Assembly: GCA_964270895.1 (NCBI GenBank)
Contig: OZ185436.1
Strand: one strand, 5' to 3'
Length of the DNA stretch: 64,000 bases
Source of the DNA: Podarcis filfolensis
Lineage: Eukaryota
The stretch's first letter is position 1. Every line of letters starts with the position of its first letter. The notes beneath the pieces are model-generated. The model was not told the origin of the DNA and ran no database searches. It saw only the letters and a program-made list of their open reading frames with translations. The position numbers and the translations under genes are program-made. This document shows positions 12,745-26,500 of the stretch, one piece after another.

Positions 12745-15629
12745 CTGTAAAGCAAATGCAATTATTTTCACAATAATGAAAAATAATCTACATAGAAAAT
12801 GCAAAGGCACACTTCATTCTGAGGCCTATGAGCAGAGTACCTGTCAGAGAGCTAATCACCTGATAACTGCCACCTCAATTGGTAATGCAAATTGGCAGTG
12901 TAGCTGAACAGAATCCCTCCACCACAGCAAACCACCAGATTTACCAATGTCGTAAGTATAATGGCTTCTTAGAATTAATTAAGCCATTTGGGGCTGTATA
13001 CAACTGCTTAATGTATTTATTTGAGACTCTGGTTTCTATTCCATCCTTTATCAGTTCATAATCCCAGGGCTGGTTACAACAATAAAATCCACATAAAAAC
13101 CATTCGAAACATCAAAAAAAAGGACAATATAAAAACATGGCATTGCAGCAGACAAGGCAACTGACCACTTTTCAGCTGGACACCCCAAGTGCCTTTTAAG
13201 TACATACTATAAAAATGCAATTCCTTCTTCTTATGTAGCAATATTATTTCAGTATTATGTGATAAATCACTGGTTTATCCCCACCATCTGATAGCGATAT
13301 CTGTAGAATGACTAAAAGTGGACTAACTTTTCATTTTCCTCGGATATACTGCTGGGCTGAAAGTTTCCCTGTGCATTGCCTCAATTTTTTTCTAATGTCA
13401 CCTTGGGTTTCAGTTACTGGCTGAACATGAGCCTTGCAGTGAATTGATTTTTTAAAAAAGGTTACAGTTTTGTCTTTCTCTAAGGGCAACAAAGTAGTTC
13501 AAAACACTGCATTTCTCATCACTGGATTCTTAAAGGTAACTTAAAGAGTGATCTTATGGCCATAAGCCAATGCTGTACCAGTGTAATGTTGCTGCAATCC
13601 TACATACTCCAAGCAGGAAAGTAGATAATAGCATAATTGCAGCAGAAATCAGAAGCAAATAGTGATACTGCTAGATACTCCACATAGACCCCAGCAACTC
13701 CAACATCACCCACTCATCATCACGAAGCTCACTAAGAAATCTCCATAGCATCCACAGACACAAGTGTTACTTATGTACTCTGCTTATATTGATTAGCCAT
13801 TGCTATTTATGTGTTTAAAATTCTTCCTCTGTGCCCTTCCAATATGCCCTTTTGCCAAAATTCCCCTTTTTTGTGTCCATGGTTCTATAACCATTGGGAC
13901 GGATTCATTTAGTCTCATGATCCACATTTTGATATATCAGCAGTGTTCCCTTTCCTGTGTATACTCAGGGATCTGTGCTGGTTCCTGGTCAGAATCCTCT
14001 CCTCCAGTATATATGGAGGGGGAGCAGTTTGTATGTGGCTCTCCATTAACTCTAAAGGGAATGTATTTTTCATATGCCACCTCTTTTGCTAGTATAATGT
14101 TGCAATGACATTGGGAGTTAGAACAACTTGGGCATGAGCATAGGATTCCAATTATGCTGTGCTCCAAATTCCACTAATTTTCCCCATGGTTTTGGCAGTG
14201 TCCCCATAGGGTAAGGTTTATGCTGGCGCAGTATACTGCCAATGCAATCCTATCACTATGCTGGCATAGATCCACCATGCTGGCATAACTTTTTGTTCTG
14301 TTAGTCAACGAGGATATAGTTTATCATATCTCAGAATATGAGTACAATGCTAGTGTTTTATATATTCCCAGTTGTGTAACTATACATATGCGTATTTTGT
14401 TCAGATTGTGCCTCATGATCAATATTTTGAACATAATTTTAACATTAACAGTTTAGGTACATCACCAGAAAAAAGGGGGGGTCTGACCTATCGAAGTTTC
14501 CATAGGGGAAATCAAAGCTTCCTGGGATAACACTTGCTTATATTACTGTGCAAATGCAAAATAGTTTCTCCCAATTTATTAGCATTTAAAAATTCTGCAG
14601 GTTCCCCAGTCCTACACTCCTCCGGTTACAACATGCATGTATGCTTGACAATATGAGGAGTGATTCACATGTTCCTAGATGTGGGACTGGCAGAAATGCC
14701 CATTGCTCAAATTTCCAAATATTTTCTTCTGATATCATACCCAAACTGGGACTCACAGATCTCACTGTGAGTAAGATGTTAGTCTTCACATTGGGCATTA
14801 CATCAGAGTACAAGTAATTTTTGGCTTCAAGAGTTGACTTCAAGTCTAGCAGAAGTGCACCTCTATGTTCAGGGACATTCCATCTATATCAAAGCCAAAT
14901 AATATTTATAGTTTTTACATTTTTCCAACCTTAACAAAAGTTACAATATGACAAATGTAAAACATTCTAGAGTGCAGGAGGAGGAATGCAGAACTGGGGG
15001 AAAATATCAGTGACTGCATCACTGAACTTCTGATTCTCTTGCATGCATTGTATTCCTGTTTTGTCTTCCATCAGTTGCTTCCTATTGCTCTGTTACAGAT
15101 TGAATTCATACAACCTGTGCTGGCTGTATCCAGTTACCTTTCATTCTCATCTGGCTTGGAATTGCTTCAAATGTTCTAAATAAGAAGCTAGCAGGGAAAG
15201 CAAAGATGAATTGTGTATTCTCTCTTATTGCACTTTTGAGGCAGCATTTGGAAAGAAATTCATACAAATATTGCATATTTATTCTTTTTAGAGTTTTCAC
15301 TTATTGTACTCCTTTCTTGCTGCTTACTCAGGCATGTTACACTCAGGGCCAGTTTCAATAGGTGGTATCCTACTAACTCAATCGATCAGTATAAGAATCT
15401 CTGCTTGTGCAATGGAACTTTCTCCCCTTTCCTCCCCCCATGTCCCCCCAACCTGTTCTAGAAGTTCCCCCAACCCACCAGAGCACATCTGGGGAGACTG
15501 TAGGGTGGATGCAGAGAGAAAAGGGAGGAGTTCCATTATGCAAGCAGAAATCAATGCATGGATTGAGCAAGTTAGTTGGGTACCACCCAGGTAGAGATCG
15601 ACAGTGGGCCAACAAATGAGGGTCTTTTT

Positions 15630-15750
15630 AATAATAATAATGATAATAATAACAATAATAACAATAATAACAATAACAACAATATACCCCGCCCATCTGG
15701 CTGGGCTTCCCCAGCCACTCTGGACGGCTTCCAAAAAAATATTAAAATAC
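15630..15750 (-). mobile_element. Third copy of the L2 3' end, with an (AAT)/(AACAAT) tail
   Basis: Reverse complement of the gccgtccagagtggctgggg..gatgggcgggg segment. Confidence 0.8.
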
Positions 15751-17587
15751 TATAATACATCAAACATTTTTTACATTCAAATAAGTATAGGCGCTCCCCA
15801 ACTGGATGCATTCGCATTTTGCTGCAGTACATTATATACATTATGCAGTACATTATGCAGTGCAGTATATTTGGGGGAAAACTTATTCTCCAATTTATTT
15901 CAAACCTATTTATGTATTTATCCCTGGCAAAGCCAATGAGGTGCCCTCTGGAGGTTAGTTTTGCAACTCCCATCAGTCCCAACCAGCAAGGCCAGTGCTG
16001 GGAACTGTGGCCCAAAAAGCTTCTGAAGGGCACCAGAGCAGGCTACCCATGATTTATACTGCCCTTCTTTGCTTCACTGATATCTGATTAAATGAATGCC
16101 CATGATGGTTTATGACAAGACTGGTTAATTGCTAACTCCTGTAACAGCTTCTAACTTAATTTGCAGCAATACACCTACAGACACATCCATTAAACTCTCA
16201 GTGTTCATAAATCTTCCATGCTGTCTTTAAGCACAGCCTTTACCAAATAAAAATATAGACTATTCCTTAAGCGTGACTCGGCAGCTTAAAATATTGAACA
16301 AATGCTTTGCCTGGTCTAATTAAGAATAAACATGGGATGCTACTGGCATTCCCACTTTTCTTGAAGTTGTTAAAACTTAACAGATAACAGCCTTACTCTT
16401 GCACCTACTTTTATTTCCCTAGCCAGCCTACTAACCCTCATCCTCTTTCTTTGATCAGCAATTACTGTGCCAGATGCCACAGTGGGGTAGGGTTCTTTCC
16501 AAAAGCAGCATCTGGTTGTTTGGCAGATTTCCCAGTTCCTTCTGGCAGGTTTGGCATTTTCAGAGGGCCTGTCATACATTGCTGCTGTGATCTGACAGAG
16601 TTTTCCTAAGAGGCTATCTCATTCCTCTCTCCCCCTTCACTCCCTCTGCCTTGATAAATGTTACAAGCAACTATAGGTCCAAGTTCTCCTAAGAGTTCTC
16701 TAATTAGATACTTTACTCTCCCAAAAGAACACCTCATCGTAGATGTTGAATAATTAGCTTGAAGCTTACATTTTGTTAAAAGGGGCCCAGATTGAAGTTA
16801 CTTATAGCCCTGCTTTTTAAACAATAATAATAGTAATACATAAATCAGGCTCGGCCTTTCAATTCTGGAAAGGAGAAAGATAAAATAGTGAAACACTACT
16901 CAGTACTTGATAAAACAGAAAATAGTATGGACTGAGCTGGCTCTTTTCCTTTCAGAGAGATAAGTACAGAGGCAAATTAATTGAAAAACTACTTGCCATG
17001 TATGCAGAGTCTCAGAGACTATACAGGTATGTGTGTATTTAAAATTGGGGTCGCTAACTTGTGGTCCCCCAAATAATGCAGGAGTATAATCCTCAGGATG
17101 CTGCACTGATGTAAGCTGCAGTCGGGGAACAACTGGAGAGCTAGAGTTTATTCACCCTATTTTAACGCATGATTAAATGGTATTCAAGTTCAGGAGAAGA
17201 TTCACCTACTATGAGTGATATACTGTATCAGCTCTACTACATATTCAGAGCTCCCATGAGTAAGTGGTGTCCCATTAAGAAAGAGAACAATTCATGGGCA
17301 ATTCTGATGACATGTGAACAAAACTTCCACTAACATTCAAGTAAATGTTGCAGTCTATAATTAATCAGATCTCTGTTTGCATAGTAAACCCCAATAGAAC
17401 CTTGTGTTAAGGTAACCAGGTCACTTTGCACTTTAGAAGATCTGTCAAATATTAATTGCCTTGCCTGGGGCCAATTGCCACTTGATTCCCTTTCCCAGAA
17501 CTCTCTCTGTGTGTGTTCACCCATTTCAGCACCCATTGTACCTGGTTTTCTCTGAGGAAGAGTTTAAATATCAAAGCACCTTCTGTT

Positions 17588-17699
17588 GTAGGGCTGGGGA
17601 AACTTTGGCCCTCCAGATGTTGCTGAACTACAACTCCCATCAGCCCCACAAGCATGGCCAAGGATGGCAAGAGCTGTAGGTTCAGCAACATTTGGGGGT
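17588..17699. repeat. Short palindromic non-autonomous element (ctacaactcccatca family); relatives at ~7360-7470, 15930-16035, 54950-55090, 55290-55385, 56440-56520
   Basis: Shared core ctccagatgttgctgaactacaactcccatca with an inverted counterpart in the same copy. Confidence 0.6.
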
Positions 17700-18402
17700 T
17701 CTGTTGGCTCAGTTCTGAGCAATAAGTGTTTGTCACTAACGATTCCATATGGCTGCTATCAAAGGCAGAAGCAAGACATTGAGGTCCCTTCCACTGTCCT
17801 AGTTGGGTGGGACCAATGGCCATTTGGCCCCTCCCTCCCGCAACTACCACTTGGTCAGCCTGTGCACTTGATGGAAAACCTTCAGAGGCCACATGGCTAT
17901 AAAGGGCAGCACCAGAACCAAATGTTGACACAGTAAAAGTGGGCAGAGTCAGCGCCCACTCTCTCTTTCTACCTCACACTCACCTCACTTGTTGGCCCCT
18001 TTCCTGTTTTTTAAAAAAAGCTTCCATTGGTGCCAACACAAGCTTTTCTGGGATTTCCCCTAATGTCAGTGATTTGAGGAGTGTGGGGGGAGAAGTGTCA
18101 TAATATATGGGTAGGGATGTACAGGTAGGAAAGGACAAGTTAAACTTCCTCTCCCCAGCTTTACACCCCTGAAAACCACCACCACAGCAATGAGGCTTTA
18201 AGAAATACCTCAGATTAGCATCAATGACATCTTTTAAAAGCTTAGTTACTGCATAGGGCCAGGGAAACCATAGGCCACTTCTGGTCCAAGGGCTATAGAT
18301 TCATTACCCCCTGATCTACAGCTATTCTGTCTGATAGTTCTATGTAATGGCAGGGACCCATTCTGTATAATACTCATGAATATACAAAATTATTAATAAT
18401 TA

Positions 18403-18403
<1 letters not shown>

Positions 18404-18448
<45 letters not shown>
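18404..18448. repeat. (TAT)n microsatellite; another at 23296-23333
   Basis: Seen directly. Confidence 0.95.
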
Positions 18449-20108
18449 TAAAATGCAAATGCACATTTGGCTTCAGTTTGCACTTCAAGTTATCAGGTTT
18501 GAAAAGGGAACTCAAGCATTTAGCAGTAGAAGAAATGCACAAGTTCACTTTTCAGATGTGACAAGCATGGTTCAAAAAGCAGGCACATCTGCTTTATTAT
18601 GGTGCATTTGCTTTTTGCTGTTTGTGCAATAATACACCCTGCATCTGCAGCCTGCCAGGAATTTAAGGTCACTCTTGCACCTGAGATCCCAACATACAGT
18701 CAATTTAATTATAAAACAGTGTTTGGGGGATAACCTTTGAGATTTCATACATGCAATCTGTAACAGCAAGTAGCTCATCTTGAAGGAGACAGCATCTTTT
18801 CAAAACAACTGAGGGCAACAGCTAAATATTACTTTTAGAAAGGCGGGGGGAGAGAAGAATAAGATGTGTTTTTTTCATTTTTCTGCTTTAATATGGCCTT
18901 TTCACATTGAAAGCACAACTTTGTCAAACAGTACTAGTCAACTTGGCATTATCACAAACTAGTATTGTCAAGCATGGAAAAGAGAAAATGTATCATTGGC
19001 TCCTAAGTCCCGAGTGGTAAAAGCTATATAATAGCTATACAGTAATAGATAAGAGACAAAACATGAAAGCTCATTATAATATCTATACTATGTTTACTCT
19101 ATAATTATCTTAAACAACTATACTTTAAATGTCAAGGGGGCATTGCAACCACACGCTTCACATACAGAGTTATCGTCTTGCTCCTATTGTAACAGTTTCA
19201 TTTACAAACCTGAGTAATCAACCCAATCGCAGAAATTGCTGGAGGGTGGAGGGAATGTAACAAGCTCATGTAAAGTTAAACATTTGTATTGTTGTTCCCA
19301 AGGTGGGGCATCATTTGGCTTCACTGCAATGCCCTAAGGAGAAAGTTTTAGGCTACAATTCCATGTTCACTTACTTGGGAGTTAATGTCTTGGAACTCAG
19401 TGGGACATATGAGTAAACATCCATAGGATGAGGTTATTAACAGATTTCTCTGTCTCCTTAGCAGTGGCTGTGAGCATTTACAGAGTGCCTCATCCATCAT
19501 GTTCCTAAGCTGGATTTTAAACATTTGCCATATGCTTCCAATTTAGTTTAATTGCACTAACCTTCAGGTATGTTAAAACATGGGAAAAGGAAGACACTGC
19601 ATTATGTTAACATTTAATTTTTAAAGTACATTTGAAACTAAATGTTTGGGAAAGTGAATGTTACTTTGCTAAAACTTCTTAGTCCTATAGAAGGTCCCCT
19701 TTCCTTCCATTCAGCACATTCTCCTTCTGTACTTACTAATTATGTCTTCCACTGTCATCAGGTACTGGATCAGAAAGTTCAAGGATATGCCTCCTAAGTC
19801 AACTCAATAGGCCCTTAAGATCTTATGTGCTTTACTAAGATATTTATTTGTTTAAACTACTCATAGGCTAAATATGAAAGCCAAAATATTAACACTGCAA
19901 TAATCTACAATAATAAAACCACAATTATCACCAACAGAACCAGCCATGAAACTTAAAAACAAAACATCCAGCAAAATACCAAACACCAGTAAATAATTAC
20001 AGCAAAAAAACAATTAAATTTGATTCTTGATCTCTAACTTAAAGCACTTCAGCAACAGTTAGCACGCGTGCGGATCTTCATACCTGCCCCCTCCAATTTA
20101 CTCTAGAG

Positions 20109-20197
20109 CAGCAGTTCTCAACCTGTAGGTCCCCAGATGTTGGACTACAACTCCCATCATCCCTGAGCTCTGGGGACCCACAGGTTGAGAAAGGCTG
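20109..20197. mobile_element. 89-bp hAT MITE with SPIN/Charlie-like TIRs
   Basis: TIRs cagcagttctcaacctgt / acaggttgagaaaggctg; perfect 8-bp TSD ctctagag (20101-20108 and 20198-20205). Confidence 0.85.
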
Positions 20198-22228
20198 CTC
20201 TAGAGGATCCCCAGGCCTCTTGAAATTATTTGGCAGAGAGGCAGTGTGGGATGCAGGAGTGAGGCCAGCACAGGGGAAATTCCATTGTGCAAGCAGGACC
20301 CCATAAGCAGAAGCCTCTTTTAAGCCAGTTGCTCCTGGAAGCCTGTGATGAACACCTTCCTCGGGTATGTAGGTTGTCCAGACCTAAAGATTTCCTTCTA
20401 GTGAGTACACAGTGCACAGAGAGGAAGTCTCAATGTCCTGCTGAGAGATGCATTAACTTTACAACAATTCATCCAATGATCTTTCCATTTTTCAAAAGAA
20501 AGAATTTCGCTGCCAAGGAAAGTGAAAGGTAGACTGTCGAAGTGCATCCTAAGGAACAAATGATACCAATTTTCTAAGCCTGGCCATCTCTACAAACTAC
20601 TTGTGAAATGGAAAGAATACTTTAAAATCACAGAACTGAGAAAGAAAAAAGAACCTGCCACTAAGGCTATGACTATCATTCTTGAGCCCTGTATGATCTC
20701 AGCCAAACGGGGTCATCTAAGCCAAAGCTTTTTCTCCTTGAAAATTCAGGTCAAACAAAGTACATTTCTGATAGAATAATAACTATTCTATTAAACTTCT
20801 TGCATATTAGCATTGTCACAATGAAAACTGAAGAGGCTAGTACTTCTACAGTATCTCAGACTCTCCCTCGCAAGCAATACTGCCTAACTAAAATCGATAA
20901 AATAAAGGAAATTCAGCTATGCAGCCACCCTCCACATATTTCAAACAGCACAACTTAAGTGACTATACAGTGTCACTTTAAGAACCAGTGATACAAATTA
21001 TACTGAGGCGCCTGAGGTGGCCCAAAATTCATCCAGTTTCCACTTTAAGACATTCTAATTGGGAAGAAATGGGAAGAAACTGGGATAATCTCAAAAGAAG
21101 TGGCCAATATCTTTGTACCTAAAAACACAAATTAAGTGTATATTAGAAATGCAGTAGTGGCAGGCAGGGCGGCTTTCCTGATGACTGCCAGTAACAGAGA
21201 GGAGAGTGGCAAGGTAGCAGCAGCAGTGTATGGCATTGGGAAACCAAGTCAGCTTGTCAGGAAAACATGTCATAGTCACAAGTGAAATTTCAGAGTTCAG
21301 CACCCAGAATAGTGTAAGAACTTTCATTACTAACATGATTTTTTAAAATGCAGATTAGTGAAGGTGCATTAATTAAATGATAACTAAGACAGACATTGAG
21401 AAATAGAATATAACTCATCTCCTTAAGTCTAATGCAGATTTCTGCTTGTGACCCTGCACAAAGATGACACATTTTTATACATACCTTTTAGAACTCTCCC
21501 ATTGTAGAAATTTGTTGCATACGTGCACATGGATCACATATGCAAAATGTGGAAAGCAAGCTTGTACAGCAGCTAATATTAAATAAGCACATGTGATGAT
21601 GGCAATATGGCTTATGAAACAAGGACCTGGCCACTGCCTTTCAATGCATACTAATATAACTCACCCTTAAAAAGTAACTGTTCCTTTAGTGTTGCAGAAC
21701 AGTTTTGAATATTTATTAGAAGCAGAAAAGGCAAAAAAATGACTTGTTCATTTATTCACTTGGATTTTTTCATACAGCACTATCAGTGATTCAGTGCAGA
21801 CATAGCTATGGTATGGATATCAGAAACATCCTGTGGAGTTTCCTACCTCATTAACTTCCATTTAACGATGTTAAATATATATATATCCACACTGGCACTT
21901 ACTAGGGCACCAAGATTCCTCAAACCCATGACTTAAAGTGGATTTGAAACCACAGTAGGCGACTATGTTCTTTTAGGTACCTGTAAACACTTTTTAAAAA
22001 TTCCATAAGCCCATTTAGAGGTATTTAGTTATGTATACTTGTTTTTAATTTAGTTTAAAAATAATAAAAATTGGCATTGGTATTTTTTGAAATGCTGATT
22101 TTAATTTTTGAATTATTGACATTTATTTTAATTTATTTTATGTACAACACACAAACACACGGTTTATGCATTTTTATAAACAATGATATAAATTGTTTGG
22201 GGCAACTTGGATGGCCTTAAACACAGTA

Positions 22229-22454
22229 CAGTGGTACCTCAGGTTACATACGCTTCAGGTTACAGACTCCGCTAACCCAGAAACAGTACCTCAGGTTAAG
22301 AACTTTGCTTCAGGTTGAGAACAGAAATCATGCTCCGGCGGCATGGCGGCAGCAGGAGGCCCCATTAGCTAAAGTGGTGCTTCAGGTTAAGAACAGTTTC
22401 AGGTTAAGTACAGACCTCCAGAATGAATTAAGTACTTAACCCAAGGTACCACTG
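22229..22454 (+). mobile_element. Tigger/pogo-like Tc1-mariner MITE, copy 1
   Basis: TIRs cagtggtacct / aggtaccactg; TA TSD; internal tcaggtta repeats. Confidence 0.85.
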
Positions 22455-22807
22455 TATCAAGGAAAGAGTGAGCCAGCAACATATTCCCAAACTCCACAGT
22501 TCATGTGTCTAGTGTCAATGATACAATGTGTACAAAACAGCATGACTCCTTTGGCTTTAATAAAATAAAGCTGATTCAGGATTGATGATGTGTCAAGGCA
22601 AATGATCCTGAAAACCAAGAGGGAAAAATTATAACTCTGTTTCCAGTGTAGTACTGAAAACTAAGAGAACTCTTTCAATCTGTCAGGGCCCTGTTATATT
22701 TAGAATTTAAATGAGAGTCATCAGCATCAATATTTTACAACTTAATCAGCACCGTCTTACAACCTCCTGGAATCAGCCACATAATCATTCTAATCATCAA
22801 TACTCAC

Positions 22808-22950
22808 TGGATCTTGACAGCTGAGAACCTCCAGGATGCTGTTGAGTAATTCAACACAATACTTCTTCTCTTGGTTTTGTGCCTCTTCCCTTGGATCCAG
22901 TAATTCCTTCAGTTCATTGGTAATGACAGGAAGCAGGATATCTCTACATT
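22808..22950 (-). CDS. DOCK2: DOCK2 exon (~26), 143 nt: [48 protein letters not shown]
   Basis: Acceptor ttactttcag, donor gtgagt; lies inside ORF 22790..23041. Confidence 0.96.
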
Positions 22951-23295
22951 CTGAAAGTAATAATTTGCTACTTAAGGTTATCACAGAAATTTTCCTGTTT
23001 TTCTTCCCAGAAAGCATACAATGCAGCTCCCCCTCCCACAACTATGCTTAATTCCAGTCACTTCCCATGTAGAGCCTTCTGGCTTCTATCCCCTTTCATC
23101 TTACCAATGTAAACATGAAGAAAGCAATTAGGATCTACAGAATGAATGTCTAAGTAACTAAAGGCAGTTCAGCAAAGAGTAATACCACATTCTACACTTC
23201 ATGAAGATCTGGCTGGTGAATGAATCAATCATTCTGAATAGAGTACATGTGTATGCTTTGTGGGTAATAAATGTCTTCCTGCAATGCCAATTTCC

Positions 23296-23334
<39 letters not shown>

Positions 23335-25016
23335 ACTTTTCTTGTCGCATTAATAAAAGAGAAAGTGAAAAGCTGACCAAGAGCTAGAAAGGCAGCAAAA
23401 TATACATTGAAAATGTGAAGCTTGCATATGTTTGACAGCAAATCAGAGCAAATAAATCCAAATGGCATGGAAAACTATGCAGAAGACCAATTTGCCAAAA
23501 AAAAAAACAACCCAAACACATTATCTATGAAGCTGAGCTAAGTTCTGCCCACAACATTTACATTCAAGATTGTTCCTAGAACATCCTTGGAAAAGCAAGA
23601 GTGCCTCTTACTCATGAATTGTGCATATGCACACTACTTCAGATATTTGGGGGAAAGGAGAGAAACAATGTAGCAGATACTCAGCATCTAAGCCAGAGAT
23701 ACAACTGTTCATGAAACATAAACAGGCATCATCAAAACTCAAGAATGGCCACCTGTAACCCTACTCTTCCTACCAAAATTTCACTCCCAATATCCCCCCA
23801 AAATGCCACCTTCAGCACCAGAAAGAAAACACACCTTTTCCCCAGCAGCTTATTTTATGGTAAAGAAGAAATATGACATATGAAGAATATAAAATAGTGT
23901 GAAAAGCTGGATGATGGTGGTGGAAGAAAAGAGAAGTCTTTCCTCCAAAACCTTTTCACTGCTTAATAAAATTTCCAAAAGTTTTTAGTATTCATGCCTT
24001 GCTTCTCACAGTAGCAAATCCCCCAATTAAAAGTGGTTTTATGTTAGAATATTAACTGGCCAATTCTGACACAATCCCTAGTTATACCTGACATAGTACT
24101 GTTTAGTAGGGTTGTGCATCTGAATCCAACAAGCCCCAAGGTGGTGAGATGCCTCAGAAGTATTGGGGTTGATTGTCACAGGTGAAAGGGGATCTTTATG
24201 AGGTATCACAAGTCAAAGGAAGGACTCCTGAAGCATTGACAATAATGCAGACAAGCATTGGCTGAAAAGGGAGAAAATTATTTTACCCACATTTTCTAAT
24301 CCCAGTGCTTTGGTGAAGGAAGCAGCTTTTCAAGAACAAAATTTATGCCTCTGAGATCAAGGAAGGTGCGAAGGTGAGGAGTGGAAACAGGTCAAGATCT
24401 CCATTGCAACTGGCAGGTCAAGTTTGTATCAAAGGAAATTATTTTTTCTTGGGAATCATTTGGTTCTTTCCACCCCGAAGCCAACTTTAAAGGTACCTGG
24501 CACAATCCCGCTGAACCTATTTGTTTGTGATTTAACAGGTTTCTTACCCAGTGGCACCACTTTTATGTTTGCAATTTTCAGAGCAATTGTCCACAAAACA
24601 CTAAAGGAGATTAAGTGATTCCCACCCAAAACTGCCACAGCTGCTCTTGTATCACAGCAGCTTTGCTTCAGACATTTTGAAGGATTCATGGCCAGGAATA
24701 GGGTTACTTTCCCAGCAATTTCATCAAATTCTGCTTCAAAATAAAAATCAGATTTTCTCGGTTTCTAGCACAAAATCCCCTATACCTGTTTGTGTGTAAA
24801 TTTGGAAACCTTTATCCAGCCTAAGATTACATTCACTTCTGCCAGAAGGAATAAAGTGAGAGTCATTTCTTGAAAATTCTCAATAGGGAAGGAAGAGGAA
24901 TGGAGCAGATCCTAAAACTAATTGCTGCCTTTGCGGGAAAACCTGCAACTACACTTCTGAAATTTGAGAGAACTTATGCACTCAGAAGGAGTAACAATGC
25001 CTTCACATTAATCAAA

Positions 25017-25124
25017 TTTTGCCCCAAATTAACAAGTACTTTGTATGGGAGAGACCATATTTTAGAGATATTTTGCCCCAAATTAACAAGTACTTTGTAT
25101 GGGAGAGACCATATTTTAGAGATA
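25017..25124. repeat. Perfect 54-bp tandem duplication
   Basis: ttttgccccaaattaacaagtactttgtatgggagagaccatattttagagata occurs twice (25017-25070 and 25071-25124). Confidence 0.95.
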
Positions 25125-26500
25125 TACAGAAGGCTTTACTCATTTTGGAATGATTGTGATGCCTGCAAATTTCATCCATTTCTATAAAAAGCAGGGGATT
25201 ATAGCTGTGTCTACAGTGATTGGGGAAGAAGAATTAGACTGCCTATGTCTGACCAAATCAGGTTGTTATGAAGCACCAAACTGAAGTCCAAAGTGAATCT
25301 TGTGGTTGATGCACACCTATTTACACAAAACCATGCTCTTTCCCTATGAAAATATTTATTTACTCTCTTGCTTACTGTTTGAAATTGCTTTGTACTATTA
25401 GCTGTAATAACATCCAGTTTTCCCCAGCATACATTACTGAGGGAGGGAGAAGTCAGACTGAATGTCTGCAATCCCCCTGCCCCCGCAGCCCCTCAAAATC
25501 TGTTTTTGGGGGTTGAGGGGTACTTCCAAAATGGAATATTGGGGCAGCGGTGCATGGAGGTACAACAGAAGGGGATTTGGCAGAATTTGGGAGGAGGGAT
25601 CTTGCCATTTATTTGGATCAAATGTGGAAGAGCTGATAAAGTTTGGGTAATGGTAATCCCTGGCCCAGATGGAGTGGTGGCTGTTTTTAAGCTTCTTAAA
25701 AGCAATCCTTTCTATTCGTTGTAAATCCCAGCCACTGTCATTAATAATTGAGGTATACTTAGCAAGCACAATTTAGTACATAACCTGAAGCCTTACTTTT
25801 TGTGCAAATTTTAATTTTAAATATACTTTAGCTTGACATCCCTAGTGTATAACTTCAGCTTGTTTGGGTGAATTGATATATCTATGGAATATATATATAT
25901 ATATTTAAAAAATACATCTTTTCAGAATTTATTATGAAGTTACACTCTTGTGGCTGCAAAATATATGAAAATAACATTTACAGTGCTTAGTCAGAACATC
26001 TCTGGGGAAGAATATATTTATGGCAGGGGTAAGGTGCACTTGTTCTGTGACCCAATAAATAGAAGTTTTTTGGCAGCTGCCCAAGTCCTCAGCTCTTATC
26101 TTTTAAAGCTTGTAACTCTTTATTCAAGGGAGGTAAGATAAGACGAATTGGGTGCAATTACACAAACAGGGTATTAAAAGCTTGCATTATTATTGAACTT
26201 AAAAAGCTGAGTGAAGGCAAAGACTGAAACAGGAGGTACAAATTAATGCATACGGGGTATTTATAATACCTACACTCCAAGATGATGGGCAACTGCATAG
26301 ACAATACAATGAGTCAGGAAGACCTGACAATTAGGTCCTCTTGAGATGCACCCATAGCTGGGAGCTGTTTTTCCATGCATGGATCCCACGTTGCTTCATT
26401 CACATGGTCTGAATGAGGCAACCATTTAGGCGGGGCATCAAATAGGTCTTTCCCATGGTATATACTGTCCTGAAACCATGAGCGCATTCTGATACTTCTA

